From the IMG/VR virus record IMGVR_UViG_3300034066_001606: a stretch of DNA of 64,000 nt. One strand, given 5' to 3'. How positions within the stretch are numbered: position 1 is the first letter of the stretch; each line of letters starts with the position of its first letter. Positions 37,183-46,034 of the stretch are shown piece by piece. This stretch comes from an uncultured virus (IMG/VR IMGVR_UViG_3300034066_001606). Taxonomy: Duplodnaviria > Heunggongvirae > Uroviricota > Caudoviricetes. The translations under genes were made by a program, and so were the position numbers. The notes beneath the pieces are model-generated. The model did not search any database. It saw only the letters and a list, made by a program, of their open reading frames with translations, and was not told the origin of the DNA.

Positions 37183-37518
37183 ATGAAAAACGTAAAAGTA
37201 AGATGCACCAACAATGGGTATGCCAACATGGAATTGAATTTACCAATTGTAGGTAAAACAAAGTTGGATGAAAATTGTGAAGTTGAAGTTACTGAAGAAG
37301 TAGCTAAAGTTATTTGTGAAAACAAAGAATGGGAACTTAGTGTTGCTCCTGAAAAATCGGAAGAAGAAATTGAAGCAATTGAGGAAATGAAAGCGCAAAT
37401 TGATTCAATGAATTTGGAAGAGTTGGCTGAGTTCGCTCAGACAGCCAAAATACAAGGCTATGAAAAGTTTTCCAAAAATGAGAAAGCATTTAAAACATTC
37501 TTAAAGAAAAGAATCTAA
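37183..37518 (+). CDS. Hypothetical virion-module protein
   Basis: 111 aa after MCP. Confidence 0.7.
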   Translation: MKNVKVRCTNNGYANMELNLPIVGKTKLDENCEVEVTEEVAKVICENKEWELSVAPEKSEEEIEAIEEMKAQIDSMNLEELAEFAQTAKIQGYEKFSKNEKAFKTFLKKRI

Positions 37519-37522
37519 ATAA

Positions 37523-38341
37523 GTGGCAACTATTAATTTAGACATACAATTTAACGATTTAACACTCGGAACCCATGACAGCCTAGTTATGAGTTCCGAT
37601 GATGTTAAGTTGAATTACTTATGGGGGTTGCCGTTATGCAATCCAGTGACTGGAGCGTCATTACCAGATGAAGTTATTACCAACAAAATTAAAGCATGGC
37701 AAGACTTGTTTGAAAACGAATTTGGTATTAAACTTTTCAAACAAAAAATTAGGGAACAAAAGGATTTAATTACTGAAGAATTTTTAAGTTGGGGTTACAT
37801 TCAAACTAGTTGGCAAATCAATAGTATTTGTGGCTTAAAAGGTAGGTTTAATGAAAGGAATATTATTACATACCCTATAGAATGGCTTACTATTAAAAGA
37901 AGCAATAGTAATGACAATACGCCGAATCACCAATTGTTCATAGTTCCCAATGGTGGTGGTTCTACTAATTTTGATTACCAAAGGGTGCAATTTTCACAAT
38001 TGTTTAATTTCAGAGGGTTTCGAATGATACCCTATTATTGGGATGTTACATACGTTACTGGATTTGACAGAATACCAGATGGCATAATTAACCTCATAGG
38101 ATTGGCTACTACTATAGATTTACTAGGAATACTTGAAATGGGTATATCAAGTCCTGGAGGCAGTTCAGCGTTTGGTTTAGCTAGTCAAAGTTTAGGTTTT
38201 GACGGTCTTAGTCAGTCTGTAAGTAAAATGAATGGTGGTAACATATTCCAACAAAGAATAAAAGCGTCTACAGAGCAATTGAAAGACCTTTATGGAAGGA
38301 TAAGGGGTACTTACAAGGGAATTACCTTTAACGTAGTTTAA
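37523..38341 (+). CDS. Head completion/adaptor protein
   Basis: YLWGLPLCNPVTG..LPDE, YVTGF, GLASQSLGFDGLSQS; position after MCP. Confidence 0.65.
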   Translation: MATINLDIQFNDLTLGTHDSLVMSSDDVKLNYLWGLPLCNPVTGASLPDEVITNKIKAWQDLFENEFGIKLFKQKIREQKDLITEEFLSWGYIQTSWQINSICGLKGRFNERNIITYPIEWLTIKRSNSNDNTPNHQLFIVPNGGGSTNFDYQRVQFSQLFNFRGFRMIPYYWDVTYVTGFDRIPDGIINLIGLATTIDLLGILEMGISSPGGSSAFGLASQSLGFDGLSQSVSKMNGGNIFQQRIKASTEQLKDLYGRIRGTYKGITFNVV

Positions 38342-38364
38342 AAAGCAAAAACGGAGGACTTAAA

Positions 38365-38820
38365 ATGTACGAAATAAACCCTAAAGATAAAATAATTTCA
38401 AGGCAAATATTCAACTCTTTTAAAAAAGAAAAGAAGGAAGAGTTTGTGAACAACATTATTATTAGCGTTGATAAAATATTGTTATTGAAGCGTTGCATTA
38501 GAAGTTCACATCCAAGTTGTTGGTGTACAGCTGGAGGTCATAGGGAAGAGGGTGAAACCTTATTACAAACATGTGCTAGGGAAACATACGAAGAAACTGG
38601 ATTAAAGCCAAAAGTTGATTATGTTTTATTAGGCAATCCATATAGGTTGGAATTACCAGATTGTATTCTGTATTACTTTGTTAGCAATTTGATTAACGAC
38701 AAAGCCACAATAGTATTAGATGAAGACGAGCATGACAATTATGTAATGGCTGACAAGTTGCAATTCAATGGTATGAATTTAATATTGGATTTAAAAAACC
38801 ACTTAAACCAAATTATATAA
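38365..38820 (+). CDS. Nudix hydrolase
   Basis: Nudix box GGHREEGETLLQTCARETYEETGL; LDEDEH. Confidence 0.9.
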   Translation: MYEINPKDKIISRQIFNSFKKEKKEEFVNNIIISVDKILLLKRCIRSSHPSCWCTAGGHREEGETLLQTCARETYEETGLKPKVDYVLLGNPYRLELPDCILYYFVSNLINDKATIVLDEDEHDNYVMADKLQFNGMNLILDLKNHLNQII

Positions 38821-38822
38821 TT

Positions 38823-39647
38823 ATGGGAGCACATGACAAACAAGCGTTTATATCTGAAACACCCAATGTTATAACTACTCCACAAGTTGGTTATTCAAAA
38901 AATTGGTTTGAACAAAGTATTGAAACACATGGCTATGAAGCAAATGTTGAAAGAGCCTTGCGTTGCCCTTGTAAGGAAAAGGCTACTGGACAAGCTAGTA
39001 GTGGTTGTTTGAATTGTGGTGGCACTAGTTGGGTTCATATAGACAAGGTTGTTACAAAATTGTTGTGTCAAGGAATTGGTGTAAAAAGCAAGTACGAAAA
39101 CTGGAGTATGACGGATGCTGGAACTGTCAGCGTTACGGCTAAAGCCTCAGATAAGCTAGGTTTCATGGACAAAATTGTTTTAACAGAACTTGAAGCATGG
39201 TTTAGCCAAAATTTATTCATGACTTCAAAATCTAGCGCAAATTTGTATTTTTCTTTTTTAACTTACAAGCCAATACAAGTATTTGATGTGTATGTATTCA
39301 AAAGCATTGATGAGGCATTAGTTAGATTAGAAGAAGATGAATATGCAATTGAATACAACAAAATTAAAATATCAGCTTCTGTACTAGATGCAATTACAGA
39401 TGATGAATTTCCTAGAGTGAGTATACGCTATTCACACAACCCAACATTTTATGTTATTGACATTAATAGGGATTTAGTTAAAGTTAGGACATATAAGGAT
39501 TGCGGATCTTCCGATACTACTGACAATTACCCAATTCATTGCATAGCTAGAAAAGCACATTATGTACTTGACGATCCTAATTATGACGGTGTTGGTTTGT
39601 TTGATAATACAGACTACAACAAAGACAAGCCGAACTATAATTATTAG
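38823..39647 (+). CDS. Neck/head-closure protein
   Basis: RCPC...CLNCGG zinc motif, SIRY.H.P.FYVIDI. Confidence 0.6.
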   Translation: MGAHDKQAFISETPNVITTPQVGYSKNWFEQSIETHGYEANVERALRCPCKEKATGQASSGCLNCGGTSWVHIDKVVTKLLCQGIGVKSKYENWSMTDAGTVSVTAKASDKLGFMDKIVLTELEAWFSQNLFMTSKSSANLYFSFLTYKPIQVFDVYVFKSIDEALVRLEEDEYAIEYNKIKISASVLDAITDDEFPRVSIRYSHNPTFYVIDINRDLVKVRTYKDCGSSDTTDNYPIHCIARKAHYVLDDPNYDGVGLFDNTDYNKDKPNYNY

Positions 39648-40478
39648 ATGGGTGCTATAAAAATAAATATTAGTTTACAGGATACCATTGATGAATTTCA
39701 ATTAACACAACAGCAAACTGAATCTTTAGCTGATTCATGTGCAAGTGCCTTGACGTTGGAGATATACAGACAATGGGTGGAAGAAGCAAAGGGAGCATTG
39801 AACAAAACTAGAGACCAATACATTTCTAGCTTACTTATGGCTGATATTGGCATTGGTGCTAAGAGTATTGTGTTGGTTGGTAAATTTGCCAATATGCTTG
39901 AAAATGGTGTATCACCATTTGACATGAAGGAAGGTTTTAAAAATTCTTCTAAGGTTAAATTTAATAAAAAGGGGGGTTGGTACTTAACCATACCATTTAG
40001 ATGGGCTACTCCGTCTGCAAATGGCTTCAGTAGTGCCTTTACTGGAGTTATGCCGATGGAAATTTACGACATAGTAAAAAACTTTAAGGCAAGTGATGCA
40101 AAACAAACCACTCCTGGAAATAGTAAAGTGAATTCACCAAATAGGTTGCAAAAAATTGATGTGCCAACACCTTACGATTTACCTAAAACTAGGGCAAAAA
40201 TAGAGTTTGAAGAATTGGGTGCTAAAAAGGTATTTGATGAATATGTACATAAGAGCAGCTATTTTGAAGGTATGACAAGGGATGAAAAGAAATATGAAAT
40301 AGCAACACAAGGATCTTACAGCACCTTTAGGAGAGTGGGGCAAAATAGTGAAGATTTAGCATGGATACACAAGGGGTTAACGACTTTAAACCTTGCGCAA
40401 AAAGCTGTCCAAGCAACTGACTCAGATTTAGTAGTTAACAATGAAGTTGATAGGGTTTTATCTACATTTGGATTTTAA
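39648..40478 (+). CDS. Neck/tail-completion protein
   Basis: PFDMK.GF, GGWYLTIPFR, YSTFRRV..NS...AWIH. Confidence 0.6.
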   Translation: MGAIKINISLQDTIDEFQLTQQQTESLADSCASALTLEIYRQWVEEAKGALNKTRDQYISSLLMADIGIGAKSIVLVGKFANMLENGVSPFDMKEGFKNSSKVKFNKKGGWYLTIPFRWATPSANGFSSAFTGVMPMEIYDIVKNFKASDAKQTTPGNSKVNSPNRLQKIDVPTPYDLPKTRAKIEFEELGAKKVFDEYVHKSSYFEGMTRDEKKYEIATQGSYSTFRRVGQNSEDLAWIHKGLTTLNLAQKAVQATDSDLVVNNEVDRVLSTFGF

Positions 40479-40479
40479 T

Positions 40480-40487
40480 GAGTTATT
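40480..40487 (+). promoter_or_regulatory. Putative late promoter box GAGTTATT
   Basis: Upstream of the FN3 gene and the modular-protein cluster. Confidence 0.45.
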
Positions 40488-40514
40488 TATTTTTAAACAA
40501 TAAAACAAAATAAA

Positions 40515-41072
40515 ATGGTAGACTTTATTATCGCTAATCCAGCAGGAACAGTACTAGTTCGTTTAAGAACTGATGCAATAAAACTTTCCAACAAGGATAA
40601 ATTTACAATTATGAGTATTGACTTCATAAGCACAGATTTGGAAAAATCAATGTTTGAAGTTGCCTACAAAATTGGTCATTCTTACACATTGGCTAATTTA
40701 AAAGCCTTTGTGTTATCTAAAAGTTTGAACATGGTTGCACAATCAGGTAATTCTGAATTGAACGCTATTACAAACCAAGTGTTGACCACTCCAGTTATTT
40801 CTGCAGTTAATACACCAACTACAACTTCATTGAAGGTAACATGGGGTGCAATTACTGGAGCAAGTGGCTACACATTGCAAAGAGCAACGAATGCAGGGTT
40901 CACAACAGGAGTTGTTACTTTTGAATTAGATAATCTTTCTGCGAATAAGGTAGTTACTGGATTAACAACAGGAACAGCCTATTACTTTAGAGTAAAGGCA
41001 AAAGGTTCCTTGAATCTTTTTGGTTGTGCCGATAGTGCTAATAGTGCAAACGGAACTGGAACCACTTCTTAA
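40515..41072 (+). CDS. Virion protein with C-terminal fibronectin type III domain
   Basis: TTTSLKVTW...ASGYTLQ...VTGLTTGTAYYFRVKA. Confidence 0.8.
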   Translation: MVDFIIANPAGTVLVRLRTDAIKLSNKDKFTIMSIDFISTDLEKSMFEVAYKIGHSYTLANLKAFVLSKSLNMVAQSGNSELNAITNQVLTTPVISAVNTPTTTSLKVTWGAITGASGYTLQRATNAGFTTGVVTFELDNLSANKVVTGLTTGTAYYFRVKAKGSLNLFGCADSANSANGTGTTS

Positions 41073-41099
41073 TTCATAAATTAACAAAAACATATTACT

Positions 41100-41495
41100 A
41101 TGAAAAACATAGGTGACGAAGCTAGAAGAAAGCAAATTATGTCGTGTTTTGGCACTACAGACGACAACTTCCAAAAAAGCATTACAAGTAATGATATGCT
41201 TGAGAAGGGTGGTAAACATGGTCAAATTGGGGAAATTCGTAATGGCTACAAAAAGATAGCCGAAGGGAAGTGGCAAAAAGTTTCTAAAACACATGGTTGG
41301 ACAAAAAAAGAACACCAAAATGAAGTTAAAAATAAATTATATTATGGTGACAAAAGTGGTGCTTTTGCTCATGAGAAGTCGGCAAGTGAGCTTGACAGCA
41401 AAGTTTACGATGATGAGCATGTTAATAGCATTGGTGGAATTCGCAATGACCACCATGATGGAGATGTAGAATGGAGTTCACATAAACATTTTTAA
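41100..41495 (+). CDS. Putative internal head protein (module A, His-rich)
   Basis: RKQIMSCF leader; 39-aa block identical to one in ORF 42740. Confidence 0.7.
   Translation: MKNIGDEARRKQIMSCFGTTDDNFQKSITSNDMLEKGGKHGQIGEIRNGYKKIAEGKWQKVSKTHGWTKKEHQNEVKNKLYYGDKSGAFAHEKSASELDSKVYDDEHVNSIGGIRNDHHDGDVEWSSHKHF
41169..41285 (+). repeat. Module A copy 1 (copy 2 at 42824-42940)
   Basis: FQKSITSNDMLEKGGKHGQIGEIRNGYKKIAEGKWQKVS; 39/39 aa identical, 18 synonymous codon differences. Confidence 0.95.
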
Positions 41496-41505
41496 AACTA
41501 TTTGA

Positions 41506-42720
41506 ATGAGAAATATATTGGATGCAGTTAGAGCAAAACAAATTCTAGCAAACTTTAAGCAAGATGTACCATTTGTATCGTTTGAAAAGGGTATAGATTG
41601 TGATGATTTGCTTGAAAAAGCTATTAACAGAGGCAATCTTACCTTAAAGCAAATAACCGATAAAAACGGAAAGCAAACGAAGCGTTGGGTAGACCCTAAC
41701 GATAAGGAACACATGGAGCATGGAACACATGCTAGTTTTGAACACAATGGTGAAAAGAAAACTGGAAAAGTTGGTAGGGTGAGCAGTAGTGGTAGATATG
41801 TAGTACATGGCGATGATGGCACTATTTACAAGAAACACCCAATGGAATTGCAGAAGCATGATGGTGACAAGGCAAAAGATGTAAGCAATGATTCTAAAAA
41901 CAAAGGCTTACCGAAAGGTGCGATTGGTAAAACTAATTCTGGAAAGTATATATACAATGATGCTGAACACCCTGAACATAAAGATTTCAGCAAAGAAGAC
42001 CACGAGGATGCAGTAAAATTGCACAGCGATAAAATTTCTGAAAAGCAAAAAATTGTTGACGAGACTGGTGGGTATGGCTCTGGTATGTTAGCAAATCATG
42101 AAAAGCGACACCATACTGAACAAAAACTTAAACACAGCAAAGAAGCAACAAAAAATACTTCAGCAACTAAACCTACAGCTAGTAAGCCTACCAAACCTAT
42201 TGATGCAAAAAAGGTAAAACAATTAGCTGACAATAAGGCGAATTTAGATAAGGCATTAAGTAAAGAGAAAGAACTTTTAAGTGGGTTTAAAAGAAATGGG
42301 TACACTAAAGACCATAAAATGTTTGCAGAAATTAAGAAAGGTTTTGCTAGATTTAAGGAACTTTCACAAGCTACTCTTAAAAAATATGGCAAGGATGTTG
42401 GTATTCATTTTGATGTAGAAGTAGACAATAAAAAACTTCAATATGAAATGAGTATAATGTTTGATAAGTACGATTTACAAGAAAAACATAAAGATAAATT
42501 TTCAAAGAACAATGCTGGATTGGCTTCGTCTTCAATTAATAATAATAGTGCGGATGTTTCCGCAGAAATGCTGAATTCAATTATGTCTAGAGATGGCGGT
42601 TACAAGTTTAGTTCAAGTGGTTATTCGTATTCGGGCTCGTGGGTTGGATTTCCAGTCGTAAGTGGTTCATTTAGTCAATGGGATGCTAAAGTTTACCAAT
42701 TTCATTCAAAATTAAAATAA
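41506..42720 (+). CDS. Putative internal head protein (modules B and C)
   Basis: AKQILANF leader, FEKG and LEKA sites, segments shared with ORF 42740. Confidence 0.7.
   Translation: MRNILDAVRAKQILANFKQDVPFVSFEKGIDCDDLLEKAINRGNLTLKQITDKNGKQTKRWVDPNDKEHMEHGTHASFEHNGEKKTGKVGRVSSSGRYVVHGDDGTIYKKHPMELQKHDGDKAKDVSNDSKNKGLPKGAIGKTNSGKYIYNDAEHPEHKDFSKEDHEDAVKLHSDKISEKQKIVDETGGYGSGMLANHEKRHHTEQKLKHSKEATKNTSATKPTASKPTKPIDAKKVKQLADNKANLDKALSKEKELLSGFKRNGYTKDHKMFAEIKKGFARFKELSQATLKKYGKDVGIHFDVEVDNKKLQYEMSIMFDKYDLQEKHKDKFSKNNAGLASSSINNNSADVSAEMLNSIMSRDGGYKFSSSGYSYSGSWVGFPVVSGSFSQWDAKVYQFHSKLK
41611..41838 (+). repeat. Module B copy 1 (copy 2 at 43493-43720)
   Basis: LEK(A/G)...LTLKQ(I/V)TDKNGKQTKRWVD...GKVGRVSSSG(R/K)YV(V/I)HGDDGTIYKKH, 76 aa. 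Confidence 0.95.
41923..42024 (+). repeat. Module C copy 1 (copy 2 at 43001-43102)
   Basis: IGKT(N/K)SGK..YN...H..H..F(S/T)K.DH.DA..LH. Confidence 0.85.
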
Positions 42721-42739
42721 CAAAAACATTTAAAACACA

Positions 42740-45061
42740 ATGAGAAATAATAATATAACAAACTTCAGTTACGGAGAAAGTAAGAGAAAACAAATACTAG
42801 CTAGTTTTGGTATTGCAGATGAATTTCAAAAAAGCATTACTAGTAATGACATGCTTGAAAAAGGTGGTAAGCATGGTCAAATTGGTGAGATTAGAAATGG
42901 TTACAAAAAAATTGCCGAGGGTAAATGGCAAAAGGTGTCGAATGAAGGATTAACTACTTATGATAAAAAATACAAATCTGATGGTGTTGATTCAAGAGTA
43001 ATTGGTAAAACAAAATCAGGTAAGGATGTTTACAATCATTTTGACCATGAATCGCATGAAAATTTTACTAAGCAGGATCATTTAGATGCAAGTGATTTAC
43101 ATCAGGCTAGGTATGATAAATACATGGAAAGATCGCATGATAATCCGCATAGTGGAATTGTTGATAAGATGGATAACAACATGGATGCCCACGAAAAAGC
43201 AAGTAGGGAAATTAAAGAAGAACGTGTAAAAATTCCAAATTCATTACATGAAACATTTGATTTTGCAATTGAGGAATTAATTGAAGACGAAATACTACCA
43301 AAAGATTTTGATTTTAAAAATTTAAAAGTTAGTAGGGAAAATTTAAACAAATTCAAATTAAAAATAAAAAAAATAAAATTAGAATTACCAATGAGTGAAA
43401 GAAGTTATTGGGAGGAAACTGATGAAGGGTTTGATTTAATACATGATTTTATAGAAAAAAATTTTAAAAATGGTAACAATGGTGAAGACAAACTTGAAAA
43501 AGGTTTAGATACAAGCCATTTAACACTAAAGCAAGTTACCGACAAGAATGGCAAACAGACTAAGCGTTGGGTTGATGCCAATGGTAAAGAACATGCTGAA
43601 CATGGTAGCCATGCAGATTTTGAACATGGTGGTGAAAAAAAGTCTGGAAAGGTTGGTAGGGTTAGTAGTAGTGGAAAGTACGTTATTCATGGTGATGACG
43701 GTACAATATACAAAAAACATCACCATGAAATTAAGCCTAGAGCCAATGGGAACCAAGTTACTGGACAGCCTACAGCAAAAGTAAAACAAGATGGTAAAAA
43801 ATTAAATACACCTCACCACAAATTAGCTAGAACTAAAAGTAGTGATGTTTTAAAGCGATACATTAGTGGAAAGGATACCACACATGAATACCATACTAGT
43901 GCAGAGGATGTGCTTAAAGAAAGAGGTGAACTCCCAGCAGACCACAAATCTACTTTTAAGGGTAAAGTTCCAGATGCTAAAGCTGATGCTAGTGCTAACA
44001 AAATACAAGCAAAACTTGATGATGATAACAAACATCCGCTAACTGATGATGATAATGAATCAGATGCTGACATTGTAAAAAGAATTACATTAAAATTTAA
44101 AGATTTTGCTGGAGCTGTGAATGCTGTTTGCGATGGTATGAAAAAAAGTGCTATCATGTATGGTAGTGGTGGTGTTGGTAAAACCTTCACAGTCAAAAAA
44201 ACACTTAAGAGGAAATTTGGTAAAGACAGAATGTTTGACCCAAAGATTCACACTCCAGGAAGTGATGACTATGATTATGTGTTTATAGATGGTGGTAAGG
44301 TTACAGCAACTTCATTTTACCAATTGATGTGGGAACATAATGACAAGGTAATGGTGTTTGATGATTGTGATTCAGCCTTAGAAGACCCAGATATTAAAGG
44401 GTATATGAAAGGAGCATTGGGTAGCAGTCAAAGTCAAGTTAGTAATATGTCCCAAAGGGAAGTTAAAGCTAGTGATGGAAGTAAAATACCAAAGCAATTT
44501 GACTTCGGTGGTAAAATGATATTTATTACCAACATACCTAAGGATACTATTACTAAAAGTAAGGAAATGCAACCAATTATGAGTAGAAGTTTTGCGCAAG
44601 ACCTTAGTATGGATAGAAAGGACACAATGACATACATTAAACATATTGCCAAAAAAGACAATGGAGAATTAACCAATATGGAATTTGATGGTATTAAAAA
44701 TTATTCACACGACGAAATGGACCATGTGATTAAAATGCTCGATAAACATAAGGATAAGGCATTTGACATCAATGCTCGTAGTGTTGAAACATTATTAGCT
44801 TTTAGTAAAATGTCAACAGCGGAAGTTGAATCTCAAGAATTGGATAGGGAAGAAGCTGGAAAACCTCCATTAACTAAAAAAGAAAAGGAAGAAATATTTA
44901 ACGAAGAGTTTAACAGAAAATCCATTGATTATTTGTACCAACATAAGACAGTGAATGGTAAATTGGATAAAAACTATATTGCAAAAGGTTTTGTTGAAAT
45001 GTTTGGTTGCTCCCCAGACGAAGCATGTGCTTATATTAGAATGGGTTTAAAAATGTTTTAA
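42740..45061 (+). CDS. Putative internal head polyprotein: modules A, C, B and a C-terminal AAA+ ATPase
   Basis: RKQILASF leader; GSGGVGKT, VFDDCD, FGGKMIFITN, MSRS; paralog of ORF 21181. Confidence 0.8.
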   Translation: MRNNNITNFSYGESKRKQILASFGIADEFQKSITSNDMLEKGGKHGQIGEIRNGYKKIAEGKWQKVSNEGLTTYDKKYKSDGVDSRVIGKTKSGKDVYNHFDHESHENFTKQDHLDASDLHQARYDKYMERSHDNPHSGIVDKMDNNMDAHEKASREIKEERVKIPNSLHETFDFAIEELIEDEILPKDFDFKNLKVSRENLNKFKLKIKKIKLELPMSERSYWEETDEGFDLIHDFIEKNFKNGNNGEDKLEKGLDTSHLTLKQVTDKNGKQTKRWVDANGKEHAEHGSHADFEHGGEKKSGKVGRVSSSGKYVIHGDDGTIYKKHHHEIKPRANGNQVTGQPTAKVKQDGKKLNTPHHKLARTKSSDVLKRYISGKDTTHEYHTSAEDVLKERGELPADHKSTFKGKVPDAKADASANKIQAKLDDDNKHPLTDDDNESDADIVKRITLKFKDFAGAVNAVCDGMKKSAIMYGSGGVGKTFTVKKTLKRKFGKDRMFDPKIHTPGSDDYDYVFIDGGKVTATSFYQLMWEHNDKVMVFDDCDSALEDPDIKGYMKGALGSSQSQVSNMSQREVKASDGSKIPKQFDFGGKMIFITNIPKDTITKSKEMQPIMSRSFAQDLSMDRKDTMTYIKHIAKKDNGELTNMEFDGIKNYSHDEMDHVIKMLDKHKDKAFDINARSVETLLAFSKMSTAEVESQELDREEAGKPPLTKKEKEEIFNEEFNRKSIDYLYQHKTVNGKLDKNYIAKGFVEMFGCSPDEACAYIRMGLKMF

Positions 45062-45064
45062 TAA

Positions 45065-45778
45065 ATGTTAATACCTGAAATTATAATATACAAGTCTTTA
45101 AATTCCATACTAGATATGGTATCAACCGATTATACTTTAGCATCAGATAAGACTCACACAATATTATATGATATTTTCAATAAAGATGATAATGGTGATT
45201 TAATGGTAATGGGGAGTACTGATAATTGGTATGAAAGGGCAGTTAAGTTGTTTGTTATTGATACAGATAAAAGAAGGAACTTAGAAGTGTTTGTTGGTTA
45301 CAATTTGGAAAGAAACAATATTACAACTATACACATTTTATTGCCAAATGAAACTAAGGGTAAATTTGATGCGGTTGGATTAAACGACCAAGCTGAAATT
45401 GTGATTAACGATTTAACCAACAAAATAGAAATAAACAAATCTAGGACAAAAAACAGCGTTTATCACCTTATGGTGACAAGCGACAATAGTACCGAAGTGT
45501 TGATTACTTATTATTATCTACAAGCATTGTTATTGATGTTTAGCGACCACTTCGAACTTAAAGGTTTAGTGAATATGCAAATAAGTGGGGCTGATGTTAT
45601 AATACAACAAGAATTAAGTACACCACACATATTCCACAGAAACCTTTCAATTAATTTTGACTACGAATATATTGTTAAAACAAAAATACCAATTCCAACA
45701 ATTGAAGGGTTTAAAATTTCTGTTTGTGCAGATTTAAAAACAGATTACGAAGATACAATGGGTGGCAATGGTGCATAG
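45065..45778 (+). CDS. Tail terminator/completion-like protein
   Basis: Position before the sheath; IHILLPNE, ISGAD, FHRNLSINF. Confidence 0.55.
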   Translation: MLIPEIIIYKSLNSILDMVSTDYTLASDKTHTILYDIFNKDDNGDLMVMGSTDNWYERAVKLFVIDTDKRRNLEVFVGYNLERNNITTIHILLPNETKGKFDAVGLNDQAEIVINDLTNKIEINKSRTKNSVYHLMVTSDNSTEVLITYYYLQALLLMFSDHFELKGLVNMQISGADVIIQQELSTPHIFHRNLSINFDYEYIVKTKIPIPTIEGFKISVCADLKTDYEDTMGGNGA

Positions 45779-45784
45779 AAAATT

Positions 45785-45792
45785 GAGTTATT
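45785..45792 (+). promoter_or_regulatory. Putative late promoter box GAGTTATT
   Basis: 26 nt before ATG 45811, head of the sheath operon. Confidence 0.45.
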
Positions 45793-45810
45793 AACTATCA
45801 AACTTTAAAG

Positions 45811-46029
45811 ATGCAAAACGAAATAGATATACAAACATTCTGCGGACTACAAGGAGTAAGTAGTTCAGATGAATTTGTTTTGTGTAAAATGCATAAGGGT
45901 ACTAAGAAAACTTACGATGCATGGTATAAAGTGGTTTCACCTAATTTTAATATTTCTGAAAAGAAAGTATTTTGGACTACAGAAAAACCAAAAGAATCAA
46001 ACGATATTAAAAACAACAATAAAAAATAA
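45811..46029 (+). CDS. Small protein preceding the tail sheath
   Basis: 72 aa ORF. Confidence 0.65.
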   Translation: MQNEIDIQTFCGLQGVSSSDEFVLCKMHKGTKKTYDAWYKVVSPNFNISEKKVFWTTEKPKESNDIKNNNKK

Positions 46030-46034
46030 ATTAA

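Noticed and set aside
41169..43720. Diversity-generating retroelement TR/VR pair
   Set aside because: Differences in module A are synonymous and not adenine-specific; no reverse transcriptase in the window
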